A model generated the notes under the pieces. That model worked only from the letters and a program-made list of their open reading frames with translations. It did not search any database and had not been told where the DNA came from. The translations under genes and the position numbers were made by a program. From contig NC_043009.1 of the NCBI RefSeq assembly GCF_006345805.1, positions 30,566,001-30,630,000 on the forward strand: a stretch of 64,000 nucleotides of DNA, written 5' to 3'. Shown piece by piece: positions 41,578 to 54,613 of the stretch; positions within the stretch are counted from its first letter, which is position 1; every line of letters begins with the position of its first letter. This DNA comes from Octopus sinensis (Eukaryota).

Positions 41578-42253
41578 CTAAAGAAACACACTCATACATG
41601 TATAGTGCGTGTATATATATATATGTATATGGTTGTGTTTTGTGTATTCCTACTTGTGCATGTTTACATGAATGTGCAGGTGTACAACTGTATGTATGTG
41701 TGCATAATTATACGTATGTGTGTGTATGTCTTATGCATGTATGTGTATTTATATATATATATATATATATATATACATACGCATACACACAGGTACACAC
41801 GGACACGCATATAGATATCGGTATACGTCTCTGTATGTGATCATATGTCTATGTATTTGTGTATATGTGTGTACATGTATGAATGTAAATACACGAGTAC
41901 GTAAGAAGACGTCAATGAGACAGGAAAGGAGGAGAGGATGATAGAGAGAGAAAATGAAAAAGAGTGTTTTGGCGATTTATCAGTTGAATGGTCAGGTCAA
42001 ATCAAGTCATAGAATGTTTAGCAAAGAAAATCTGAAATTAACCTTTACCAATGAAATGTGAAGGATAAATGGTCCTTTACTTCACTTCCTCTTCGATGGC
42101 AAAAATAGAGAAGTGAAGAGAATAAAAAAAAATAACGATAGTTTTCTTCTATCTGTTCTGTGTGAATAGAAAAAGATCAATCAAGCGACAGAGTAAAGTA
42201 GTGCTGTTACGTGTGAGTGTAATTGTGTGTGCACGTGTGTTTGCGTGCGAGTG

Positions 42254-42291
<38 letters not shown>

Positions 42292-42713
42292 TTGAGCGTG
42301 TGAGTTTCTCTATGTTTGTGAATATGTAAGCGTTCGTCCACAACGGGTGAAACAGCAGTTGGTACGGTACGTTCACGTATATGTCTATGAGTATATATGT
42401 GTGCTTGCGTCTAAATATAAATATATGGAGATCTCCATTGTACAACAGCGTGTGATCGTCTTTTGAGCAGAATTACAACTGATATATATGTGTGTGTGTG
42501 TTTAGGTGAGAGCATGAGATGTAGGTACGAAATTTGTGTATTTATATGCGAGTGTCAGGCAGTTTTTAAGCGATTTCTTTTCTGGGAGGATATATAAAGC
42601 CAATATGTAAGTCGATAAAAAATGGAAAGCTTATCAGTAAGAAATAGAATGAAAATTCATTTGCACATATTAACGAGTGCGCACATGCATATACATGTAA
42701 GTATGGATGAGTT

Positions 42714-42754
<41 letters not shown>

Positions 42755-42824
42755 AAATATATGTGTGTGTCTGTTTATGCGCATACAACCACACACACAC
42801 TATATATATATATATATATATATA

Positions 42825-42950
42825 TGTCGACTTTGCCTTTCATCCTTTCGGGATCGATAAATTAAGAACCAGCTGCGTACTGGGGTCGATCTAATAGACT
42901 GGCCCACTCCCCCAAAATTTCGGCCCTTGTGCCTAGAATAGAAAAGTATA
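42825..42950 (+). mobile_element. SINE 3' fragment after (TA)n
   Basis: gtcgactttgcctttcatcctttcgggatcgataaattaag..ggggtcgatctaatagac. Confidence 0.8.
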
Positions 42951-43417
42951 CTGCAGTGTTTTAATGATTTCGACCATTCTTACATCTATCATTTGAGACG
43001 TGGATCCCTAATGGAACTTTTCAACTTGCCATAGAGAAAATATCATGATTTAACTAAAAGTAACTCTTAGCATTTTGAAATTACGTCACATTAACGGAAA
43101 CCGAGGTAAGTCTATAATGAACATTATAAAGCTTTGTACATATATGTAATATCTATTTAGAAGTGTTTGCAAAACCTATGAGTAGCTCCTGCAGCTTCTG
43201 TATGAACAGAAGCATATTTGAATTTTATTTCACTTATATATGTGTGGGTAGTGGTGGTGCATGGGTATGTATGTTTGTCTGTGCGTGTGTATATGAGTGT
43301 GTGCATCTATGTACGTGTATGCGTGTATGTAACTGCATATGCATATAGGTTAATATACATGCATACATGCATACATGCATACATACATACATACATACAT
43401 ATATATATATATATAAA

Positions 43418-43451
<34 letters not shown>

Positions 43452-43461
<10 letters not shown>

Positions 43462-43517
43462 AATTAGGGTATCTACGAGATACCCTATCTACGTAGATAC
43501 TCTAATTTATAATTTTA
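43452..43517. repeat. Short inverted repeat (26-bp arms) adjacent to (TA)n
   Basis: taaaattataaattagggtatctacg / cgtagatactctaatttataatttta. Confidence 0.85.
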
Positions 43518-44299
43518 ATAATTATTACCTTTGAAGGTTATTTTTTCCATGCTGACCACTTGATAAAATCGGTGTTTCATTTTAAATTAATGATCTTATC
43601 CTTATTTAAATGTATATATATATATATATTATATATATATATATATACGCTCGTACGCATGTGTGTGTATATAAATGTTTTTCTGTGTGTGTGCATAACT
43701 GTCGGGATGTGTCTGTGAACGGAATAAACATTAAGTCAACATCTGTATTTGTTAAAGATTGATGATACGAACATACTTATTAAGCTTTCCCATATTGTAA
43801 TCATGAAATTCATTTTCCCGCTCACCAGCAATTTTGCACATGGAGTCCTCTTCAATACGTAATTCTTTGAGCGCTGAATGTGTCAATGATAACGCTTAAC
43901 ATAACGAGAACTTATGTATTCTTTATTTCCTGACAAACAGTCGCTTTTTCGTCATTGAACCATTAAATGTGCAATGAGAACTGTTTCCTTTTATGATGAC
44001 GTTTTCGATTAAATTCTCCATTTCAATTTTATCTTAAATTCAAAATATGAAATTCGCGCCTTACGATATCGTTCGTATTATCATTTCTTTTATCTTCTCT
44101 TTATCCTGAAAGATCGATGATGCGAGATTTGTCCCTCATTTCTTGTTGGCTTAATTTCTTTACGGATTTTCTCCTTTGCTTTGTTTTCTCATTTTCTCAT
44201 TGAACTTCGGCGGCTGTGATGGGCCACCATCTTGAAAGGCTAATCCAACAAATTGGCCTCACAAATTATATTCTTTAAGGTTTGGTTCTTATTCTATTG

Positions 44300-44545
44300 T
44301 GTCCTTCATCACGAACCGCTAAGATACGGTGACGTAAACAAACAAACACCGGGTGTCAAGCGGTAGTAGGTGTCAAATGCAAGCGCAAAGACTCGCACAC
44401 GTATATACGATGGGATTCTTTAAGTTTCCCTCTACCAAATACAGTCACAAGGTTTTCGACGGCCCGGAACTATAGTAAAATACACTTGTTCAAAGTACTA
44501 CACAGTAGGATTGAACCCAAGATCACATGGTTCGGAACAAGCTTC
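44300..44545 (-). mobile_element. Diverged SINE (family of 24143-24545)
   Basis: gaaccgctaag..gacgtaaac..gtcaagcg..ctaccaaat..cacaagg..aagcttctt. Confidence 0.75.
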
Positions 44546-45265
44546 TTCTTGATAATATTTTACTTTCCATCAAACTCTAACTTGGATATATTGTTAAATA
44601 AATCCTGAAATATCCTCAATAATTCAAATCTTACTTAGTCACAAGATTCATTCTCTTTATATGTAGCTTAGTATACAATTACTTTCGGCATTTTCCATTG
44701 TGTGCCCGTCTTCTTTCGTGTTGCGATACGAAACTCGGCAGATTTAAATAATAAAAAAAACACTCTACATAGAGTGCTTCTTTATTTAGATATTTCAAGG
44801 TTGCTTTGTTATAATATGACATTACATTATAATATTACAGGCATTTTGCGTGCAGCTTTGGTTGGCTCTGAAAGAATTTGCTTCTAATAAAGTAATTTTT
44901 TATGCATGCTAAAAATATTATAAATCATTCATCTTTGATGCTTATATCATGATTAAAACCCATAATGTTCTTGACCGACATGATAGATCTAAAGAATTAT
45001 TGATGGATGTAAAAATTGTATCTAAAGACTACTGTAAAGAAAATCTTGAGTACTCAATATGTATAAATGGCAGAATAAAATATATCCAAATTTTTTAGTT
45101 TGTTAATGATAGAAATTTCTAATCTAACGTTTCATGCTCAGCGTATGTCACATTATCGCCAGATGACAAACACAATTTAGGAAACGTTCGTGACGTATAT
45201 CACTTATTATGCTGCATAATTTTCGGGAGTGCATTTTGCATAAAAAGGTTGTCAGGCGTATAATT

Positions 45266-45301
<36 letters not shown>

Positions 45302-45771
45302 GATTGATTTGTTTATCTAGTGTAAAAAAACATTTGAAGCTGAATAACTTAGAAGTATACAACTATGGTGGTTAGGGGGAGTAGGTATAAAATTTGTCAT
45401 TTCAAATGAGTATGGCCAGCTGAAAATTTGAGAATATGAGAAATTGTACTTTATTATTAGATGCGCCTATTTTAGTTGTTTAGGAAGTATTTGTCGAAGT
45501 GGCAATATTCAGTGAAAATTTATGGTCATTGCAAGTAAACTAAAGTTATTTCAGTATGCGGCTCGTCTAAGTTGTTTAAGGCCCTTCACTTTAGAATGGC
45601 TTGCAGTACTTGGGGGTTTTCATCTTATTTTGAAATAATTAAGATGGATTTTCTATTTTTTTATAATTTAAGTCTTCGTGCTTTCTATATATCTGAAAGA
45701 AGTTGAATAGTGATATCGTTGTATAAATTACCTCACCGTCATGCCTATATATAATTATATATATATATATA

Positions 45772-46140
45772 TAGGCGCAGGAGTGGCTGTGTGGTAAGTA
45801 GTTTGCTTACCAACCACACAGTTCCGGGTTCAGTCCCACTGCGTGGCACCTTGGGCAAGTGTCTTCTACTATAGCCTCGGGCCGACCAAAGCCTTGTGAG
45901 TGGATTTGGTAGACGGAAACTGAAGAAGCCCGTCGTATATATATATATGTGTGTTTGTCTCCCCAACATCTTGACAACCGATGCTGGTGTGTTTAGTCCC
46001 CCCGTTACTTAGCGGTTCGGCAAAAGAGACCGATAGGATAAGTACTAGGCTTACAAAGAATAAGTCCTGGGGTCGATTTGCTCGACTAAAAAGGCGGTGT
46101 GCTCCATCATGGCGCAGTCAAAGACTGAAACAAGTAAAAG
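45772..46140 (+). mobile_element. Full-length SINE with internal microsatellite
   Basis: Family of 24143-24545, starts directly after (TA)n. Confidence 0.9.
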
Positions 46141-46167
46141 GAGATATCATAATATATATATCTATAT

Positions 46168-46276
<109 letters not shown>

Positions 46277-46283
46277 TCCGCTA

Positions 46284-46688
46284 AGGCGCAGGAGTGGCTG
46301 TGTGGTAAGTAGCTTGCTAACCAACCACATGGTTCCGGGTTCAGTCCCACTGCGTGGCATCTTGGGCAAGTGTCTTCTGCTATAGCCCCGGGCCGACCAA
46401 TGCCTTGTGAGTGGATTTGGTAGACGGAAACTGAAAGAAGCCTGTCGTATATATGTATGTATATATATATATGTGTGTGTGTGTATATGTTTGTGTGTGT
46501 GTGTTTGTCCCCCTAGCATTGCTTGACAAACGGTGCTGGTGTGTTTACGTCCCCGTCACTTAGCAGTTCGGCAAAAGATACCGATAGAATAAGTACTGGG
46601 CTTACAAAGAATAAGTCCCAGGGTCGATTTGCTCGACTAAAGGCGGTGCTCCAGCATGGCTGCAGTCAAATGACTGAAACAAGTAAAG
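46284..46688 (+). mobile_element. Second full-length SINE copy, same orientation
   Basis: Same family as 45772-46140, separated from it by about 130 nt of (TA)n. Confidence 0.9.
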
Positions 46689-47601
46689 ATAGTAAGGTTC
46701 TGTAGATTTGACCTCTGCTTCCAGCACTCTGCACAGGGACGCCCACACGCACAGTCACACGTACAAACATATCCATGCTCAAGCACCTGCTCTTATATAA
46801 TCCGTTAAATATTACAAAGCAGTTTAAAAGGATGTGCGCTTTTAATTTCTGTATATACAATTAACTCGAAAACTTGTTACGAGTGTTTCCATATTAGTAG
46901 TATAGTTACAACAGGTTCGATTATATTATATTCTTTGCTGATGACTAAGTGGAAAATGGTCAGAAGCTTTAAGTAATATTGAACTTATCGCTTAACAGAA
47001 TATTATTCCTGGAATAGATAATGTTGCCACATATAACTTTGGATTCTTGATATGGGCAACGTAGGAGCTTATGTTATGTTATCTGTCACGCAAACAGCTT
47101 TTTAGTGTTATATGTTCCATTATATCTTGTGTGTACGTATACATAATACATTCGCATGCGCTGCACACATATAATTCCCGAGTGCAAGGTTTCGTAAAGC
47201 CGGTTATTGGATTCCATGGCGTATAAATCATCCAAGATCGCAACATTTTCCTTAACGGGATGAGGCTTGTTGAAGGTTTTCAAGGCCAACAACACTGAAG
47301 TGACGGGACAACTCGATCACATCGAATCCAGTATTTAATTGGCTATTTTTTATGTTATTGACCTCGAAGTGATGAAGAGCATAATTGATCATCTTGGCGG
47401 AATATGAATCCAGAATGTAAAGAGCTGGAAGAAACGACGCAGTCACTTTGCCAAACGTACTAATGAATCTGACAGCGCATTGCCTTTCATATATGTACAC
47501 ACACACAATATATACATTTATGTGTGTGCATAGGTATATGTCTGAGTGCATACATTTATGGATAGATATACACATCTATTTATTAATATATGAATACATA
47601 C

Positions 47602-47721
<120 letters not shown>

Positions 47722-47822
47722 AAACGGTAAGACAACAAAAGAAAGAAAGAAAGAGACCTCGATATTATGTAAATAGAGGAATTATCTGTAAATGTAATAT
47801 GTGACAATTATTCGGTAGCCAT

Positions 47823-47885
47823 GATAAAACTCCGAGTTTCGGATGCCGAGGTGGAAATCCACACCACCATCTCTCTTCAGTTATC
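47823..47885 (-). ncRNA. Hammerhead ribozyme motif (left copy)
   Basis: GAUAA CUGAAGA GAGAUG-gugguguggauuuccaccucgg-CAUCC GAAAC UCGGA GUU UUAUC. Confidence 0.7.
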
Positions 47886-47918
47886 CGGCCTGATGGATAA
47901 CTATATAACTGATGGCCG

Positions 47919-47979
47919 GATAACTGAAGAGATGGCGGCGTGGATTTCCACCTCGGCATCCGAAACTCGGAGTTTTATC
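47919..47979 (+). ncRNA. Hammerhead ribozyme motif (right copy)
   Basis: GAUAA CUGAAGA GAUG-gcggcguggauuuccaccucgg-CAUC C GAAAC UCGGA GUU UUAUC. Stem I GAUAA/UUAUC is perfect; the stem II base is irregular. Confidence 0.65.
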
Positions 47980-49559
47980 ATGCCTACCGAATAATTGTCA
48001 CATATTATATATATATATACGCCAATGGTATTGTCCCTTTGCTCTGCATCTGTGTCTTCTGGTGAGGTGCCATTAGTTCCTAAGAAGTTAAAGTTGGTCT
48101 TCCATGCTCTCCACACCATGGAAGCCTATGCTAGCAAAACAGTCACGATTCAGTTTGGACACAAATGGCGATGTTACCCGATAACGAGATGCCACTTACC
48201 ATTCTTCATCTCAGACACCGTTGACTTAATAAATGCCAATTAAATAAGTTTTAAAATTTACAGTCATTATTAGCATACAATAATACACTTTTTTTTCAAA
48301 GGCTAAAATAATAGTTTAGTAAATATGAAGCTGTTTATACTATATAGAATAAACTCAGGAAAATTTACCGAAAAAACAAAAGTTCTGGGTTGTTGTTGTT
48401 TTTTCTTTTGCATCAATTACATCAAATTCGTTATATCGCTGTTACTTGTATTAGGAATGTCGAAGACGACAGGAAAATTTATTCAGATAATTTTCATTCT
48501 GAGCACAAAATGTGGAGTTTAAATTATGCAAAGTATTTATTTTAACTGTAATTGTTCAGATAACTTGTTTCTGTTTTATACAATATAATTAAAAATCAAT
48601 TTGACGTAAATACACAAATACATTTACTAATACATAACTAAACTCAGGCATGTTTATATATATTTTTTTGGAATGATAAAATTTTAATGTCATTTATTAT
48701 TCATTCAAATTATAAATATATGCGTCATATTACCCTTATATTATTTCAAATTCGTATCACGTATTTAATAATTATATTTAATGAGCAGCGTTTGACAAAA
48801 CGAATTGTGTTGCTACATTAGAAGTTATAGCGATAGATATATTATAAATTTGAAACATAAGTATCGTGGAAGTTCGAGTAAATATTGATAAACTATTGGC
48901 TTAATTGGATAAGAGGTTTTCTGTCTTGTTACATAGCCTTAGGCGCGAATGCTTAACAATTTGTGTTAAGTAAATACGTGGAAAGTGAAAATATTAATGC
49001 TTAACAGTTTGTATTAACAAATCACTTCAAAACTGGGAAATATATTGTATATTATAAAACTATAAAAGTAAATTTTCAGAAACTTATTTATAATTATGGC
49101 CTTTGATCTCATCATTAACCCGAGGGCCCAGTTTGAAGTCTTGCTTTAGCTTCCAGTTTCTTGTTACTTCAAAAGAGTTTATTATCTCAAGAATGCGCTA
49201 TCGTTCACTATGTTGCCTTATGGACAGGTTTTCGTCTGTCAAATATTTTACTTGACTGGTCACCCATGCAAACTGTCTTCCATGCGGTGATAGAATTGTA
49301 TACCATTTATGTTGTAAAGAAACCTCGACTTCACTTATAATTCGACTTTTTCCTCTCTACGAAATATTGAAGAGTGAAAGCTTAAATCCTATTTTACGCC
49401 ATGCACTTCTGAATTAATATAATCTCAACGTTTATGATATATGATAACATTCAGAAGAAAAGAATAATTGTTGGATATCTCCAGAGGTAATATGAAACAC
49501 TTCTTTTCTTCTGATTTTAACTGTAGAATTTTCACTTATCTTTGCCAGTGTCTTGCAAT

Positions 49560-50270
49560 TTGCTATGATCTTAATTCCTTTCGTCTTTATCTTACTACAA
49601 TACAAGCCATACATCTTATTACTCTATGGCACATAAGTTTTGATCATTTATCTATAACACATTGCTGGTACACAACCTATGCTCTATGCTTTCTCTGCAT
49701 GAACTCCAATCTCTTTAGCACTCTATACTTGAACAGAATCGACAACTTACATTTCTCTGCGCAAAACTTTATTATTTTCCCGAGTCTCTCAGTTACCCCT
49801 ACTACTCCCTAAATTTCACCAAATTCATCTCGCAGCAGTTGTACAATTGCCTCATCCTCTGCAATCTATAAATCGTTCTTCAATTTTAGCTGAAGTCATC
49901 AGTTGCTTTCGTCGCATGCATGACACTGGCATATCTGGCAGAAAAGCTCATCATGTCCTATTTTGCTCTGCTCGACTCATTTAGTATATTCATTTACTCG
50001 TGTTCCTACAAAACTCTCTAATAAACCAAATGCCGCTAACAGTATTTGAAACTGAAACTTAATCATTTACCCAATACCTCAAGATTATTGCATAATATTT
50101 CTTCAATGCACAAGAACCCTCATCTCCAACCATTTAAACTCTCATGAAATCATACTACCTAGAACACAGCACAGTTTTGCCGACTCCTTCAACAGCAAAT
50201 AATCTTATTACCACCAAACCATTCTGAGATCCCAACTGATACTTAAAATCCATCGCCTAATTTGTTTCCT
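49560..50270 (-). mobile_element. Heavily decayed RTE-group LINE fragment
   Basis: Remnants such as LVKFRE (cf. WVKFRE), CTTAAR and KWLEMRVL amid many stops. Confidence 0.4.
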
Positions 50271-50504
50271 GTCGCAATTGTACGGAAGTATATGTTTAGG
50301 GGATATATCCCCCCTCCCCCCCCCAAAAAAACAAGACACATTTCTATCAAAACATTGTAAGAAGAAATATCTAAAAACATTGGTGAAGTTATTGGGAGGG
50401 ACGAATCAGTGTAGCGACTAATAAATGATCTGGAGGAATATATGATTTGGGTGTAAAACAGAGGAGAGTTGAGTATGCAGGATGAATATGCAGGCTGAGC
50501 GATG

Positions 50505-50653
50505 AGTATGTAGCAGTGGCTGAGTGGTAAGAAGCTTGCTTCCTAACCACATAGTTCTGGGTTCAGACTCTCTGCCTGGTACATCGGGCAAGTGGCCTCG
50601 AGCCGACCAAAGCCTTGCGAATGGATTTGGTAGAAATTGAAAAGAAGCCCGTC

Positions 50654-50712
<59 letters not shown>

Positions 50713-50790
50713 TGTGTGTGTGTGGTGTGTGTGTGTGTGTGTGCTTGTCCCCTCCCCATCACTTAACAATGGATGCTGGTGAATTTACGT
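50505..50790 (+). mobile_element. SINE with internal (TA)n(TG)n, 3'-truncated
   Basis: Family of 24143-24545. Confidence 0.85.
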
Positions 50791-50867
50791 TCCCATATAT
50801 ATATATATAACCCTACTTAGCAATTTTACAACGTAAAGGCAGAAATATGTACGACACTAAACTGAAC

Positions 50868-51317
50868 AAGGGTACTAATGAGCACTACTATTGCTAGAAA
50901 TAAGTGTTAAAACAATTCAACAGCGACAAAAGTACTATCTGAATGAGCTGAGAAGGGAGACAAGCTCCCTGCGATCGCATATAAGGCCAGGTCATCGATG
51001 ATTTCGCATTTTGAGGCTTAATGCAACTTAGCCACCCATATAATTTTCGCTTTTACCATTTTGGAAATCAGCATATGATCTCAACGGAAATCTTTTAAGC
51101 TGGCAAGGTGAGATGGCTCTAACTCTAGGCGCGCTGAGAGCCGGCAATGAGCGTTAAAGTGCGTTAAGCCTCAAAATGCGTAATTATCAGTGACCTGGCC
51201 TTATCTGTGACCGTAGGGAGATTGTCTCCCTTCTCAGCTCATTAAGATAGTGCTTTTGTAACTATTCAGTTGTTTTGACTCTTATTTCTAGCAGTACTGG
51301 TGCTAATTAGTGTCCTT
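50868..51317. mobile_element. MITE-like element with about 160-bp diverged terminal inverted repeats
   Basis: ..gagctgagaagggagacaa..ataaggccaggtca..gcattttgaggcttaa / ttaagcctcaaaatgc..tgacctggccttat..ttgtctcccttctcagctc.. Confidence 0.8.
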
Positions 51318-52484
51318 TCTTCAAATTCCGCTGTCAAGATATTGGGACAAATTGTCACTAAAATGGAAGACACTAGGTTACTGCGTAGCTACATCGAATA
51401 GAAACCCACGTTTATAGCTAAACAATCGCCTTAACTACATACCCATAGATACCATTATTTTTTTCTTAATGTTTCTTTCTTTTTTTTTTGCTTCTCAGTA
51501 AATATTGTAGTATAAGATGCAAGAAAAGACCGTGCCAATTTTTCAGTCTTTGAATGACGCTATTTCCTTGATGCCATAAATGTCATTTATGCTATCTTTT
51601 TCTATTTTCTCCCTCCCTAAAACACAGACAGTACTTTTCATAAAAAGGAGAATCAATAATTTTCCTTCTCAATTTTTTCTTAATCTGTTTCTTGTGAGAG
51701 ATCTGTCCTAGGGCCACCAATTTTGACAGGTTTCACTAAAATATCGATTTTGTTTTCCACATAACGTTTTATCTGCCATATTATGTCGACAATTGAATTC
51801 AAGATGATTTAAACGTGCTTTAGAATAAGCCGTACATCGTGTTAAAACAGTAATCAGGATAGATCAGAAGAAGTTGTAGTCTTCGAGATTAAATACCATG
51901 TTATTGAACTGAGATCAAATTTCACTGGGGCCATTTTGCTTCTCAATAAATCGATAAAATAACAAAATACCAAACATTCATATCATTCAATTGACTGTAG
52001 AGGAAAACAAATTTCCGGATTTGATAATACGTCACTATTCTACAATAGAAACTATTTCGTCGGGTCATATTAGCTGTTATCTTCCTATATAGAAATTCTG
52101 TGATTCTTTTTATCGAGTATCGTATGTTCCTATCCAGGGTCAAAGGCAGAGTAGAATTAATAATCAAAATATGTATTTCTTGATCATTAAAAAAGAACTT
52201 CTACAAATAGATTTAAATACTACAATTACATGTAGCAATAGTGGTGTTCTGAAGAGGTTTGCTCGCTGTGATCGTTTTAACTACGACCTTCAGAGTTTGA
52301 CGAATGACATCTACTACAGCATCAACTTAACAAATCCATTTCGAGTGGAATTTCGTTGACGCAAGCGGTGCGATAGCCTTTATCGTATTCAAGCATGAGT
52401 ACGTGAGTCAGTTCGCCGTTTTGGCGATCTAGATACACACACAACCACACTCATATATAATATATATATATATGTATGCATGTA

Positions 52485-52540
<56 letters not shown>

Positions 52541-52544
<4 letters not shown>

Positions 52545-52727
52545 GAATTTACAAAAACAAAACAAAAGACGAAGTTGTGTGTGTAAACAACAAACAGATG
52601 TATTAGTTTAACGCTCGAGAAGTGAGAAAGTCTTTAACGTTTCGAGCCTACGCTCTTCGACAGAAAGAAACACAGAAATAAACAGGGGAGAAAATAAAAA
52701 AAATTTAGTATCTAGCGATCTATCATA
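52541..52727 (-). mobile_element. PLE-type pLTR fragment inserted in (TA)n
   Basis: Flanked on both sides by (TA)n and contains a hammerhead-like motif. Confidence 0.65.
52631..52668 (-). ncRNA. Ultra-minimal hammerhead-like motif with variant core
   Basis: UCUUU CUGUCGA A GAGC GUAG GCUC GAAAC GUU AAAGA. Stems I and II are perfect, there is no loop III, and the core has A6->U. Confidence 0.55.
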
Positions 52728-52762
52728 TATGTTTTGTATACATGTATAATATATATATATAT

Positions 52763-52803
<41 letters not shown>

Positions 52804-53079
52804 TATATACATATGTATATATGTGTGCAGTCTACTGTTCATTTGATATAAAATCAACAACTCCATCCAGAGAGAGATAACTATCATCTAATCTACGCAA
52901 TTTAAAGAGTTAAGCTAATAATAGTATTATTGATTGAAGACGCGAGTCTAGACAGGTTTTCATAACACGCCTTTATCTCTAAGCAATCCCGGGTTCTGAG
53001 TACATTGCCCTTTCAAATTTACACATCATGATGCTGGTACAAGAAGAATCTTGAGAAAAAATAGCAAGAAGGTAGATGC

Positions 53080-53114
<35 letters not shown>

Positions 53115-53589
53115 TATACATGACCACCTTTTGCTGAATTTGCTTCTGTGCATTGCGCACAGAAAATACTAGTGAGCTCAAAACTAGGATAGAAGACCTT
53201 TACTCAAGATACCACAGATTGGAATCGATCCAGGATGCAAATAATTACTCAGAAAATTTCTTAAGACGTCATCGATATCTAAAAGTGAGACAATCCATCC
53301 GACAAAGAAAAATAAATTACTTCACATTAGAAGATATCCAAGCGATTTACAACCAGGTTGTAATTAGCATTGTGATATTGCAGCATGGCTGATGTTGGTG
53401 GAAAATACATGAATAAATTTGTAATGAGAAATATCCTAGCGTAATAATAAGCACGAGCATCAAGCTTTACCCCCACCTCTACCACCTTCTACTCACCTTA
53501 TTGAACCAACGCTATTAGAATACATATACATACATTAACACATACATACATATACAAAGTTTATAATAATATATGCACGTACTTATGGA

Positions 53590-53643
53590 TGTGTTCATCA
53601 CTGAATGTACACACTTATGCAGACACACACCACACCACCACAC

Positions 53644-53685
<42 letters not shown>

Positions 53686-53724
53686 GTGTGTGTGTGTGTA
53701 CGTGTGTGATGTTGGTGTGTGTGC

Positions 53725-53782
<58 letters not shown>

Positions 53783-53919
53783 ATATGACACACACACATA
53801 TACGCTCACGTACATATGCATGGATATATTGTATAAAAATAAATACTTATAAGCATATACGTGATATATATATGTATGTATATATCCGTCTGTCTATCTG
53901 TATATCTATGTATCACCTT

Positions 53920-53952
<33 letters not shown>

Positions 53953-54012
53953 AATTATATATCTATCTATCTATCTATCTATCATATCTATCTATCTTCT
54001 GCTGTCTATCTG

Positions 54013-54085
<73 letters not shown>

Positions 54086-54110
54086 AGGTGGGGAAGAGAG
54101 AGAGAAAGAG
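53590..54110. repeat. Compound (TA)n/(TG)n/(TCTA)n/(GA)n microsatellites
   Basis: Directly visible. Confidence 0.95.
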
Positions 54111-54578
54111 CAAGAGAGTGAGGCTTGTATGCACAAGATTTCTTTTTTTGTGGGTATATGTTATCCGAACGGGCAGCAGTTTTGCGCTATTAGTTTTAGA
54201 ACAGTATCCACCGCGTAAACAAAAGAACAAAAGTTTTACTCTTCAGTTAGTACAATTTTCCATTTGAGAGAAGCGAAAAATAACAGTCAGAAATGCCCAG
54301 AAGCGGCACTGTTTATTACATCATAACGTACTTTAAAGTGTAAGTATGGACACTAACAAATAGCTGAAACGTCACGAAGGCAAAGAAGAAATAAATATGA
54401 CGGCACAATGATGAAAAAGTGAATATTCTGTGTGTATTCCCTGTTTTCTTTGAATTATTCGTTAATTAATCCTCTCCCCCACCGCAAAAAAAAACGAAGA
54501 AAAAACACAGGAAAAAACAACGCGAGGGCGTGGTACATGCAAAGTATTTGCAGATGCTCAGGGAAGGAAAAGAAGGTA

Positions 54579-54613
54579 GTTTTACGTTTCGAGCAAAGCG
54601 TTTTTTCAGAAAC
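54579..54613 (-). ncRNA. Decayed hammerhead-like motif related to 52631-52668
   Basis: GUUU CUGAAAA AACGC UUU GCUC GAAAC GUA AAAC. Confidence 0.4.

Larger units (their letters stand above)
47795..48007. mobile_element. Fold-back (about 95-bp arms, 23-nt spacer) carrying two hammerhead motifs; PLE-like
   Basis: Arms 47795-47890 and 47914-48007; the right end runs into (TA)n. Confidence 0.85.

Noticed and set aside
46938-46968. CTGATGA CTAAGTG GAAAA TG GTC hammerhead-like string
   Set aside because: Stem II has only 1 bp, stem III is mismatched and there is no repeat context; probably chance.
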